This document shows, piece after piece, positions 11,684-23,579 of a stretch of DNA of 64,000 bases (the stretch's first letter is position 1; every line of letters starts with the position of its first letter). The notes beneath the pieces were generated by a model that was not told the DNA's origin, made no database searches, and saw only the letters and a program-made list of their open reading frames with translations. This stretch comes from Felis catus (lineage: Eukaryota), in assembly GCF_018350175.1 (NCBI RefSeq), contig NC_058378.1, positions 74,462,001-74,526,000 on the forward strand, written 5' to 3'. A program made the translations under genes and the position numbers.

Positions 11684-12497
11684 TCTGTCCTTTTTCTCTG
11701 CACCGGGTTCTCAAGCGCAGGCAGTGCCCCTCCCGGAGGGAGAGCCTAATTCCTTAATCGCTGCATCCTAAGGGCACTTAACGGCGACGGGCAGACTCAC
11801 AGCTGCCCAACTTCGCCAAGGCTCACTGTCAAGCGCCTTGCTGGGGCAGCCCCGGGGCACGGCTGCTCTGGGGGTGCCCTCGCCGCCGCAGAAGCGCAGG
11901 GGCCCACCATCCCCAGGCCGCGCCGCCCAGGCCTCCGCGAGGACCCCGCACCTTCACGCGCCGCCGGCCGCGGGGACGGGCCCTGGGCGGCGGCGGGGGC
12001 GGGCGGCTCCCGGGCCTGCGGGCAGGTGAGGCCTGACCGCCGGGGACCCGCGGAGGGCTGCGGGGGTGGGAGGGCGCCCCCGGCCCGGCCGACTAGGGCT
12101 CGCCCGCCCCAACTCGCAGCCCCCGGCCCCCCCCGGCCCCCGCCTGCCTCCTCGCGGCCGGGCCGCCCCCGCCTCCTCCGCACCTCCCGCCCGCCCGCGC
12201 AGGCCGGCGGGCCCGGCCCGGCTCCTCCTTCCGACCCCGGTAATACGAACCGCCGGCGGCTCGCGCGGCCTGGCTCCCTCTCGCAAACCTCTCCCTCTCC
12301 CTCTCCCTCCTCCTCCTCCCTCCTCCTCCCCCTCGCCTCGGCTCCTCCTCTCGGGCGGGGGCGGGGGCGGGTCGCCTGGCTGTGGAGCGGGACGGGGGAC
12401 GGGGCACGCGGCCGCCCCGGCGCCGGCGGGCCGAGGGCTGCAGGGCGGCGGGCACGGGGCTCGGCCTCGCCGGGCCGGCTGCTGCTAACACCCGGCG

Positions 12498-12518
12498 GGC
12501 GGCGGCGGCGGCGGCGGC
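12498..12518. repeat. (GGC)7 trinucleotide repeat near the presumed TSS
   Basis: Seven uninterrupted GGC units, read directly. Confidence 0.9.
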
Positions 12519-12526
12519 ACTTCCGG
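12518..12526 (-). promoter_or_regulatory. ETS/GABPA motif CCGGAAGTG
   Basis: cacttccgg at 12518-12526, directly beside the (GGC)7 tract. This motif is typical of bidirectional CpG-island promoters. Confidence 0.7.
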
Positions 12527-12561
12527 GTTGGCCTTCTCCATGTTGATCTCGGGAACGCGAC

Positions 12562-12581
12562 GGGGCGGGGCCGGGCGGGGC
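12562..12581 (+). promoter_or_regulatory. Tandem Sp1/KLF GC boxes
   Basis: ggggcggggc and gggcggggc at 12562-12571 and 12573-12581. Confidence 0.65.
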
Positions 12582-13069
12582 CGCGGGGTCAAGGGTCAGC
12601 GCCTCCCTGGTTGCCGTGGCGACCGGGGGCGCGCGGCGCGAGCTCCTTTCCCAGTGCTGAGCGCTCCTCCTGGGTTTCGCGCCCGCTGCTGCGGCCTGGC
12701 ATGGCGCTGGGCTCTGGGGACGCGGGCACCTGCACGGGGCGGCTGGGGAAGCCAGGGAACGTTCCTGAAAGGTGGCAACCAAGGCCCGGGCAAGCCCGAT
12801 CTAGGAAGAGACCCAGTTTTAATCTTTGGGAACCGTCTTGGGGGTACCCTGATGCCTGGCGCTCGGCACCAAGCGGACCTTAGATAAATGGTGGTGGGAT
12901 GCATGGGCCCTCTTCCTTGACCGAAAACACACTTTTCCCCAACCCCTTATCCACTCTTCTCAAATTCACTGGAAACACATCCCCCACCCTCCACCTCAGT
13001 GGAAGAAGAGAGGGCAGCTGATGAAAGATTCCAAAACCGGCACAGGAATTTAATAAAGATCGCGAGAGA

Positions 13070-13180
13070 CACTGGGCTGCAGTCAAAAGGCCTGGTTTTA
13101 CACCCATGTCTGCTATCATCAGCCTGTGTGATCTTGGACAAGTCATTTCCCCGCCCTGAGCCCCAATTTCTTCAAGGGTG
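13070..13180 (+). mobile_element. MIR remnant
   Basis: ctgtgtgatcttggacaagtcatttccccgccctgagccccaatttc resembles the MIR core. Confidence 0.55.
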
Positions 13181-13992
13181 AGAAGACCGTGTCTAAGACC
13201 ACTGGCCACTGTATGGGTTCAACGTCAAAAGGACACCTCGTGGGCACAGTCTGGTAGACTATCCTACTTCGGAAGCCAAACCCAGAGAGGATTCTCCTTC
13301 ACCAAGGGCTACAGACTATGGCCTTACCTGCGCCTTAGGGCAAAACCGAATGGACACCAGTGCTGCTGGAATAGAAGGGGTTTTTTTTAAGAGAAGAAAA
13401 TGGGGATCTGTGCTCTGTGCATGCTGAGCTTTTTCTGGACTAGCCTGATCTGGTGGGGAAAGTATGGATAATGGCTGACGAGCCGGGAGCCTTCCTTGAC
13501 GCTCTACCTCTGCCAGAAATTCAGTATAGTGTTTGTGATGCACTTAGCCTCCTGAGGCAAGGAACTGAGATTCTGGGAGCCTCCGACTTGTCCGTAACTT
13601 GTAGATAAAGTGGCTGTTGGATTGTAGATAGGTTTTGATTTGATTTGATTGTGAATAAAATAGTTTGGAGGAGTATTCTGAGATAATGTACGTTTCCTAG
13701 CATAGTGTGGCACCGAGTCTCCTTTGCCCCTCAATTTCTCAATGGCAAGAGACCTGCATATACTACCTTAATTGTATTTCTTTCTGTTCATGTTTTACCT
13801 TCCCAAGGAAATTCTAAATTCTTTGAACTGCCTTGTGTATCATGGATCATCCCTCCACAGTGGCTGACATTCAGTATGTACTTGACCTGTTGAATGACTT
13901 ACTGCCTTTTCTCCCTTTATAGGACTAATTTTGAGACCCAAACAATATGATAGATGTGCATATACTTTTCCGACTTAAAATGGCTGTAAAAC

Positions 13993-14204
13993 GGGGTGCC
14001 TGGTTGGCTCAGTCGGTTAAGCTTCTGACTCTTGATTTTGGCTCAGGTCATGATCTCATGGTTTGTGAGATCAAGCCCCCCGGCACTGACAGCAAGGAGC
14101 CTGCTTGCGATTCTCTCTCCCCCTCTCTCTGCCCCTCCCCTGCTCGCTCACACATGCTGGCTCTCTCTCTCTCAAAGTGAATACACGTAAAAATAAAATA
14201 AAAT
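13993..14204 (+). mobile_element. CAN-SINE (SINEC_Fc-like) with 15-bp TSD
   Basis: ggggtgcctggttggctcagtcggttaag head, (CT)n and A-rich tail. TSD aaaatggctgtaaaa at 13977-13991 and 14205-14219. Confidence 0.93.
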
Positions 14205-15832
14205 AAAATGGCTGTAAAAGTAAGGTATTGTGTTTATTATTTTTAGGCAAGGTTTACAACTTTTCCATTTGAGGACATTATGTTGTCCATATTCCTCAGT
14301 GCCCCATGTTTACGGGATACTAGCTGCAGCACTTAAAACTAACAAACAAGGTCTTTTCATTAAACGTTTTTTGAATGGAGGCGTATGAAGGCCTAATATA
14401 TTTGCATCACCAGAGCAGCCAATGAAAAACTTTAGTTAGGGAGGGGATGACCTTATACATTATTTTAATCTTGAAGAAAGAAGATATTGTCCTAATTCTA
14501 AAGGACGACACCACAAATCTCAAAGACTACCCAGGTTCTAGCACATTCTTTCAGGGACCCACTGGCACTTGCTAGTGTCTATAGATTTCCTCTCATCTAT
14601 TGGAAACTCCCAGTTTTTTAGTTCTGCTTACACACAGTGACTGGTGTGAGTTCTGCATGAAGTAGGCACTCCAAAAAGAAACACTGGATGGATTTGCCAC
14701 CAAAATCTTCAGGGGAAGAAACTATAGATGAATCTTGAATAATCCTGAGCTAGACACCATCTAGAAAGAAAAGACCTGGTTTTAGGTCATTCTAAAGAAA
14801 GCATGCTATAAAAGTGGGGTTTCTTTTTCTTTTCTTTTTTTTAAAGAGAATTTTCCATCTCTGAGACACAGTGTACAAAAAGGCCATGTGTGGAAAATAA
14901 AACAAAATCACCATCATACTGTGAATATAGCAGCTGGATCCCAGAGTGGGCCATTGTCAACGTTAAAGAAAAATATTCTTAATGATTTTTAAAGAGGGCA
15001 CTGAATAGTCAATGGTGGAATTTCAACCAGGATCTCCAGGGAGAAATCATTTGACACCTGAAACTCATGGAAACAAAATAAACATCGTGAAAACAAATGT
15101 AAGTTCAGATTTTGTATAAGTTGCATTTTTAGAAGCCTTCATGCCTCTATTAAAGGTTGTAATTAAATAAACAATAGGCAATTAATTATAATAGTGGATG
15201 TGTGTTTCTAAAGAGCTTAAATTGTTTGGTAAGCTTTATTAACGATTATCAACTTGTTTACAAGTATCAATTCACTCATCTCTGAAATACAGCCATCTCC
15301 AGGGTAGGAGTTAGCAGCAATAGTTCACAACACAACCACACACTCCAACACAATTCAAGGAATACTCTAAAGGCAAGAGTGAAACAACTGGAATTACTAA
15401 CATCTCTTCCTGTGGCACCGAAATTTCTTTTGAGTTTTCCCCAAACCTAGCTAGGGCCAAAATTGTTTAGATTTACTATCTGGCAAGATCAGAAGTTACG
15501 ACCTAATGATCGTAAGCCAGAATAAGAAAATCGCATATTTTTGCCCCAGGGAAGCAAATAAACAACAGCAACAAAAATGAGCTAAAAAGAAGCCAGAATT
15601 ACATTGTAAAAGTGAAGTGATTGCCTGTAAGAAATTTCTCAATTGTTTACTAAGAGAGTAAAAACTTGTCGGTTGGATCGAATATGTGGTTGGCTCACAG
15701 TGAAAAATAACGGCAATTATGTAAGATCCGGGATCAAAGTGGTTCTGCAAAATGTTTATTGTCTTACAGTTTTAAAAATCTCTTACTAATTTTAAGATAT
15801 ACATGGAAGGTAATTTAAGAAGGGAAGAAGGA

Positions 15833-16002
15833 GCGGTGCCTAGGTGGCTCAGTCGTTGAGCGTCGGACTTTTGCTCGGGTCACGATCGCATGGTTCATGG
15901 GTTAGAGCCCTGCATCAGGCTCTGTGCTGACAGCTCGGAGCCTGGAGCCTGCTTCAGATTCTGTGTCTCCCCCTCTCTCTCTGCCCCTCCCCCACTTGTG
16001 CT

Positions 16003-16040
<38 letters not shown>

Positions 16041-16072
16041 AATAAATAAAAATCTTAATTTTTTTTAAAAAA
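15833..16072 (+). mobile_element. CAN-SINE (SINEC_Fc-like)
   Basis: tRNA-like head, ggctctgtgctgacagctcggagcctggagcctgc body, (CT)n and aataaa tail. ggaagaagga is repeated on both flanks. Confidence 0.92.
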
Positions 16073-16618
16073 GGAAGAAGGATTACATACATAAAGACAA
16101 CATACCAGAGTTGAACAGAGTCACTTGTTTTTATTATCCTATGACTAATGATATGCGCAGAAATATTTAGTATTGGGAAACCAAACACCAGGGCTTGGGA
16201 AATAACACAGCTTAAAGGAGTAAAATGCTGAAATTTCTCATTTTAAATTGTTACAAAGCCAGTTGCAATGATTAGGAAAAATTTGACCAGAAAATAAAGT
16301 CAATATTTCTTCTCCAATAGTGGAAGATTCCAGTTTAAAATATTTACTAAGTGCTGCACCTTTAAGTAACGCCCCATAGGGAGACTTATTCCAAGCACTG
16401 TGAAAGGCTCTTCCCTTTGGGCAGCAGCATCTCTAAACTTGCAACTTGCAAATCTATTGTAGGACAATTACAATGCTCTTAGTGTTTAAATAACCCACTA
16501 GGTCATTCCCATATACATAATGTAACAGATGTTAATTATTTTTCAGTTGGAGGTTCAGAGACATAAGGGCAGCAAGAAGCTTTTCCAAAGTATCATTACA
16601 ATCTTCAGACTTCGGATG

Positions 16619-16647
16619 CACACACACACACACACACACACGCACAC
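16619..16647. repeat. (CA)n microsatellite
   Basis: Read directly. Confidence 0.9.
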
Positions 16648-16894
16648 TTCAAATATATAGATAACTTGTACATATATACATATGGCAAAATTCCAGAATC
16701 ACGTTGAAGATATATACATAGATTAATTTTCACATAATCAGTGAAAAAATAAAAGAGTATTTGGCAAGTTGATTTACAATTATAATCACAATAAACTACT
16801 ATTGGGAGGTGTTGATGATTGTTTTCATCGCTGGATTGGTGGATTTGTCTTCTGGGATTGGGCAGTATATGGATTCAGCATATAGTGCACAAGA

Positions 16895-17045
16895 AGCAGT
16901 GGGGTGTATAACATAAAGAGCTCTAGTCAGCAACTTGGGTCTTAATCCCCAGTCTGCCTATTACTAGCTACATATCTTTAGGGAAGTAATTTTCCTTCCT
17001 TGGACCTCTGTTTCTTCATCTGTAAAATAAGAGTCTATAATAAGA
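16895..17045 (+). mobile_element. MIR remnant
   Basis: gggaagtaattttccttccttggacctctgtttcttcatctgtaaaataag resembles the MIR core. Confidence 0.65.
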
Positions 17046-17587
17046 ATCACTAAAGCATTCTATAATATTTAATAATTCTAAGTAGTACGTCCACAACACA
17101 AAGAAGCAAATTGCATTTTAATTTTCTAATTGAATTCAGTCAACACACTAAAGCAGATTCCCTTTCTATGTAACTTATTCATAAAGGATCCTCTAATTCA
17201 AGAGAAAAAAAAATCTTCAAAATGTCTGGAGAGTCTCTCTCCCAAATGAAAATGATCATCACAGAAAGGAAGTAAATACAACTTTTATTAACAGACTCTA
17301 CATGAGGAAATTGACACTAACAGCCCAGGATTTGGAAGAAATTACATGTAAGTGGTTTTGGAAAGACTTAAACTTTTCACTTGTAGTAATAAACATAAGT
17401 TCTATTGATATTCTTTGCAACTTTTTCAAGCTACAAAGACATGCAGACTGAGGAGGACAAGAATTTATGGACCAGAATAGATATTTACACACCAGAAAGT
17501 TTTGTGTGGATGTCTTTTAATTTCCTCCTCATGGTATCATATTATTAATGTGTAATTTTTGTTCCCTCAACAAAATTTGCCCATGTT

Positions 17588-17800
17588 GGGGCACCTGGGT
17601 GGCTCAGTCAGTTGGGCGTCCGACTTCAGCTCAGGTCATGCTCTCACACTCCGTGAGTTCGAGCCCCGCTTCGGGCTCTGTGCTGACAGCTCAGAGCCTG
17701 GAGCCTGCTTTGGATTCTGTGTCTCCCTCTCTCACTCTCTCTTCCTCTGCTCATGCTCTCTCTCTGTCTCAAAAATAAATAAACATTAAAAAATTTTTTA
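17588..17800 (+). mobile_element. CAN-SINE (SINEC_Fc-like)
   Basis: Full head, body and tail. TSD aaaattt(g/a)cccatgtt on both sides. Confidence 0.93.
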
Positions 17801-18201
17801 AAAATTTACCCATGTTAATGCACAGAATGTGAATTCATGTACTTTAACTGTTATATGGTGTTGGGCAAGATGAGTAAGTCTCATTTGCTCTTTTCTTTCT
17901 GAACAATGTTTCAATTGTTTCCAATTTTTTACTATCATAAACAATGCTGCAGAGATATCCGTGTAGGTCTCCTGTATACATGTGCAGGGAACTTTTTTTC
18001 ATATTTGTGCCTCTTTCTGACAGCTGACATTGAAATTATTACGAGTTTGTGAATAGTAGTGTGGAAAATCTAGGGGTCTGAGCATCAGATCTGTGTTCTA
18101 ATCCTGGATCTACAACTAAGGAGTTGTAATCCTGACAAGTCATAATCTTTCTGTGCCACTGAGTTTCTTTACATCTTCAGAGTTCTCAAAGCCCTTTATA
18201 T

Positions 18202-18205
<4 letters not shown>

Positions 18206-18245
<40 letters not shown>

Positions 18246-18690
18246 CACATATGTTATATATATTTTATATTATGTACAATATATGTTATATATATTTATA
18301 TTATATGTTATGTATTATAACTGTTATATACATTTATATTATATAATGTATATTATTGTATATATAAATATATACTGTATATAATATTATGTATTATATA
18401 TTGTATATTACATAATAAATTTAACATATAATATATATTATGAATGATACATATATATCATGTGTGCTATGCTATATAATATCTATTAACTCATTAATTT
18501 ATATATACTATTTACTTTCTCATTATACTATATATACTATTAATATATATAATACATACTATGTGCAATTTATAACATATTCTTTTAAGTTATATCATGT
18601 AGCATATATATATATAGCATACTAATTTGTATATGATTTATTTCTCTGTATATATTTACATACAAAATAAAATAAATTTACATATATATA
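18206..18690. repeat. (TA)n microsatellite and AT-rich low-complexity tract
   Basis: Pure (TA)n at 18206-18240, then degenerate TA-rich sequence. Confidence 0.9.
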
Positions 18691-19164
18691 AAATTACTGA
18701 AGAGCAAAGATTATGGCTCTGGGAAGAAGTTTTGTGAAACTTAGATATTTATCTTCAAGTTTCAATTGTGTCATCATGAGCCTTTCTGAAATCTCCTAGA
18801 ACATTGCAACTTCTAAGGATTTATGTAGAGGTTAACACACACTGGATGATTCTGAATATTATCGGAAGTAAGATTTAACATAGTTACGTAAACTTAGTAT
18901 CTTTGTACTTTGTCAACATGTTAACATTTTTTCATGTTCAGTTAAAATCCAAGATGGAGAATTTCTTAACAAATAATAAGGAATTAGAATTATAATATTT
19001 CTGGAACTGATATATACGTTCATTTGGAGGACATTAAACTGGTGGGCAGCTGGCAAAAACATTTAGTGGTTGTGTTTTTTTCCCATACAAAGGATCTAGT
19101 AGTCTCTCCCTGTATACTTATTTAATGTATGCTAACCAAAGCAAAGGGCTTTAAAAGTATTTGA

Positions 19165-19165
19165 T

Positions 19166-19211
<46 letters not shown>
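19165..19211. repeat. (GT)n microsatellite
   Basis: Read directly. Confidence 0.9.
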
Positions 19212-19213
<2 letters not shown>

Positions 19214-20059
19214 CAGAAAGGCTGACTAGGTGGAACAATTTGAGGGATGAATCCAACTCTCTTGTTCCAGGGTCACATTTTATACCGTTTCTGCTAAGCA
19301 GTTTTCCACCATCCAGAACAATGTTTTAGTCCATCTGAATATCTCATAGGTTTGACTTGGAACTGGGTGCTTATCTTTTATCCAGTCTGGATTAGGTCAC
19401 CTTCAGAACATTTATAGGTTATAATGTAGAGCAGGACTGTTACTGAGACTGTATCATAATCATTTTGTAGCTATTGGAATCATCACTGATGATGCAGAAT
19501 TAAGCATAGGACTTAGCTTGAAATGTAGACCGAGAAGAAATACCTGCTTCCAGGAAGTTAAGTGGTATAACGAAAGGAACATCGAACTGAAGAAGTCATC
19601 TGGTTCAAACCACTAATGGCTTGTACGACCTTGAGCAACTTAAATTCTTCCTCAGTAAAATAGCAACTTGTAAATTTCTTCTACCTCCAAACTTGGATCT
19701 CAGATTAGCTAGAATGTCTTCCCAGTAGACTCACCCCAATGAGCCATTTTGTTTTACTGTAGTTGTTTATCAGGCTTACGCAGGAGGATAAGGTGTTTAC
19801 ACTGTGTAATCTGTGTCTATAACCGTGCTCTTGTAAACCGAGGTCTTAAAAAAATGATGACGTTTAAAAAAAAAATTACTCCCATCCAAGTATGAAGTGC
19901 ATCATATGAAGGTGCAAACTGGCTTTATACAAGTGAAGTCTGGTGCATTAGACACATCTGGAGTCAAGGGCCGGCAATGTTTTCAAAGACAAGATTTTCT
20001 CCAAAGTTCCCAGGATACAGACACTCCCTCAGCTTCCCTTGAGTGGCTGTCCCGGGATA

Positions 20060-20235
20060 GGTTTTGTCCCTTGACTACTCACTACCAGTGTGACTTTGGG
20101 CAAATCATGTAAACTCTCTAAATTTAGGGTTGCTTGTCTGCAACCCTAAATTGGCTGTTGGGAGGGTTAAATGAAGGGTTGGACACAGCTCGGGGAGGGC
20201 CTGGTGCATAAGAAGTACTCACAAGATGTTTGCTG
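20060..20235 (+). mobile_element. MIR remnant
   Basis: gtgtgactttgggcaaatcatgtaaactctc...gggagggttaaatga...cctggtgcataagaagtactc. Confidence 0.6.
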
Positions 20236-21368
20236 CTGGGAGGTTGGTGATCAACCCCACTTCTCTTTGCAACTGCTTTCCTCATTCTGAAGGTAAGACT
20301 GGATGGCACACTCGTCCTGGGCTGCTCTTCACCAAGTAACTAAGGATCTGGGGCTGCGGCAGGTGCCCTTCTAGCCCAGCAGGCAGGAGCCAGTGAATGG
20401 AGACCCTGAGTTACTCTTGCCTTAAGCCAAACCCAACATTATCAGACACTGTTCCCAAACAAAAATAGAAATGAATGTTTCTTTTCTCCCAGTAATGTTT
20501 CAAACCTTCATTTGGAATTTAAGGATGACGTTTTAAACAATCATTTTAACATCTTCCTAAGAATTAATCTGATTTCCGAGTCGCAGAAAAATAGGGACTC
20601 GCTAAATAATATAAGTTTCCATCGCTATAAGTGGATGAATTAGAAACTTGAGTGACAGATCAGATACCAGATAATATTTTAATACACTAGATTTTCACAT
20701 CGAAATGTTATGAATTTAAAACCACCAGTGTGACATCCTTTGGTACACCTAGCTACAAACATTGCGCGACTAATCGGTGTTTTCTGACTCCCATGGACTG
20801 CTCTAATTTTAAGCATGTTATCTCTTTTGATAAAAACAATAGCTAACATATGCTGACTGCTAACCTTATGCCGAAGCCGGTAACATCACAATCTCATTCG
20901 ATTTCCAAGAGGTAGCACTATAGTCAACGCAAATACAACGATTGTTGTTTCCTATCCCATCGCAAAGAATGAAGGGCGTCGGTGTGGTGGATTCTCGTCT
21001 TCAGGCATTGCTCACACGGGGATGAGGCAGGAAACTTGGAAACCAGATCCTTCATACCCTTTGACCAATGCTTGTTCTTCAATTGGCTTTAAGCATTATC
21101 AAAATATCCTTGACAGATCCCAGAGCCTAGCGCTGCTTTAGTGAAAAGCACAAGGCAATTGATCGATTTTGCAACTCATAGCATCTTCTGTGAAGCAGCA
21201 GGCCTGGGCTGTGGTGTTCAGCGTCCATAAACTGCAGAGGGATTGAAATGTATTACTGAACACATTGAGAAAAAAAATCACTTTTTACATCGCCCCATTC
21301 TTCCACTTTCGTAATCAGAAGACAAAATGCCAATACGTAGTCTCTTGTGGAAAAATCCTGGGCGCGTA

Positions 21369-21469
21369 GGGCGCCTGGCTGGCTCAGTCGGTTAAGCGTC
21401 TGACTCTTGATTTTGGCTCAGGTCATGATCTCACGGTTTGTGGGATTGAGGCCCATGGGAGCACGGAGC
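21369..21469 (+). mobile_element. CAN-SINE 5' part (rest N-masked)
   Basis: gggcgcctggctggctcagtcggttaagcgtctgactcttgattttggctcaggtcatgatctc, followed by an N-run. Confidence 0.85.
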
Positions 21470-22139
21470 NNNNNNNNNNNNNNNNNNNNNNNNNNNNNNN
21501 NNNNNNNNNNNNNNNNNNNNNNNNNNNNNNNNNNNNNNNNNNNNNNNNNNNNNNNNNNNNNNNNNNNNNNNNNNNNNNNNNNNNNNNNNNNNNNNNNNNN
21601 NNNNNNNNNNNNNNNNNNNNNNNNNNNNNNNNNNNNNNNNNNNNNNNNNNNNNATTCAGGAGAACAAAACTCACACACCACCTCAACCTACCCATTATGT
21701 TTTACTGGACATTTGCTGGAGAACAAAACACAACAATGTATGGAAAAGCAGTTTGTTAAACTGTGAAAAATTTTACAAATATAAGATTTTATCATAATTT
21801 TTAGGCACGTATCTATTAAATGTATACCTCGTAGCATCCCCACATTCTTCTGGCATCCACAGTTGCTTAAAATGATTGAGAGTTGAACAGATTTAAAAGC
21901 AAGAGAATTCTATGTTGAATACAATCAACTTTGTAAGGGCAACGGATAAAGAACTTGATAGCTAAGTGGATAAATATATGTGATGGACCAAACCTGGTTG
22001 ACCATTGTGGGACAGATAGATTACGTTGTATTGACAGATTGAATTTGAACTTTACTGTGGAATGAAAAGCCCAGTGCCTTCTCGGAAAAACACACTCTCA
22101 CAAGCGCATGTGGCTGTAAGGTTGATAATATGTTGATAA

Positions 22140-23150
22140 TAACTGGTGTGTTTTTCATTCCCAATAGTACCCAGTCCCCCTTGTGACCTTTCTCCCAGTT
22201 TCAGGCAGCATTAGGCAGAGCCAGACTTTACTATTGCTCCAGCGACCATTTTCACTTTTCCCATTTCATAGTAGCCAGTAGGGGAAGAGGTATAAAAAGC
22301 AAAGCTTACGCAGTAAATGAAGAATTTTGGAGGAATCCAGTTGAAGAAAGAGCCTGAACTGACAAAGATGTCACTGGTCAGGGGGAAGGAAAAAAAAGAC
22401 TGGGGGAGAAGATCAAGTTTGCTGCACATTTTTAAATGTCTCCAAGACCTTTTCCTTTCCCCCTTGTTGGCAATGGAAACTGAGCAAATTGTTGATAGAG
22501 CCTCCAGCCCAATTTGAGCACCAAAGGCAGTCATCAGTTGAATCTTGGTTCCTAGGAGGGTCCTTGAAAGTGAGGAAGGTCCGAGAGCCACCCCCCACCC
22601 CCAGCCCCAGTGCCTTGCACCATGCTGACTTGAAGGAACATCAGTGGCAGCAGATTAGCAGGGCAGAGACGCCCTGGACAGAGAAGCTTGGAGGAAAGAT
22701 TTCCATGAGCTCCCTGTCATCAGAAGCACCAGATAAACTCTGAGAGTTTTATCTTCTCGACAAAGGTGTGAAAATGACTAAGAAAACACCAGTAGACCTA
22801 AATGATTGCCCAACTCAAGAGATCTGGAAGATATGGAGTACAGGGATCAAGGACAAGGGCCCCACCATGATGGGGGACGCATGACAGGCCATTGGGAATA
22901 GACACGACAGCCATGGGCTCATCCTGGCTTCTCCCCTGGGGCCTCCGCTTCAGTTTAGCCCTTAGAATTTCAGATCTGTCCCAGGGAGAAGGATAGAGAG
23001 ACAGAAATTCTTATCTTACTGAGTGTAAAACCTGAAATGACTGAATATTATCCAGTTAGGATGTTTTCTGGATGAATTTTGACAGGAGCGGAAATGGGAG
23101 AACCCAAATAGAGATGAAGTTGAATGACAGGGAAATGGAGTTACACATCT
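22140..23150. mobile_element. Possible ancient LTR (MamGyp/ERVL-like) remnant
   Basis: Only the general composition and a TATA-like gtataaaaag suggest an old LTR. The family is uncertain. Confidence 0.3.
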
Positions 23151-23439
23151 TACATATCACCTGAGTACGTGGGCTGAAATGCTACATTTGCTAGAAGGGA
23201 TAATACATTGCAAGAAAAGTGGGGGAACTGCCAGAACCCATGGATTTGAGAGGCCCCTCCATGATGTTATAAGATAGCGTCGGATCTCCTTTTCTATCAG
23301 CTTATGGTTGTACATTAGGGCTGCCTGTTAAAATGTATCAACATATGTAAAACATATACAAATGTATTAACCTGAAGTGAAGTCTCTAATGAACGTGGTC
23401 TTACAAATCACCTGCAAGTGAACTGGACAACCTCACAAC

Positions 23440-23560
23440 AGCATACAGGGAAAAGATGTAGGGCCATGGTTGAACCCAACTGCCACTGAAATTGATATTG
23501 TGGTGTAGCTTCTGGAAAAGCTAACGCAAATTTTGGGTGCATTAATGGAAATACAGTCCG
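23440..23560 (+). mobile_element. CR1/L3 LINE remnant
   Basis: gaaaagatgtaggg...gaaaagctaacgcaaattttgggtgcattaatggaaatacag resembles the conserved CR1 ORF2 3' region. Confidence 0.55.
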
Positions 23561-23579
23561 CGAAGGTGCCCCAATACTA

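Larger units (their letters stand above)
11780..12890. promoter_or_regulatory. CpG island / RAB11FIP2 promoter and 5'UTR, probably bidirectional (CASC2-like divergent lncRNA)
   Basis: Very GC- and CpG-rich block directly upstream of the ATG, with no TATA box seen. The head-to-head RAB11FIP2/CASC2 arrangement is known from human; its presence here is inferred. Confidence 0.9.

Noticed and set aside
11797-12904. Long overlapping ORFs (up to 285 aa) on both strands of the CpG island
   Set aside because: Pro/Arg/Gly/Ala-rich low-complexity translations are expected where extreme GC content depletes stop codons. They mostly have non-ATG starts and no recognisable domain. Only the ATG-initiated uORF portion was kept.
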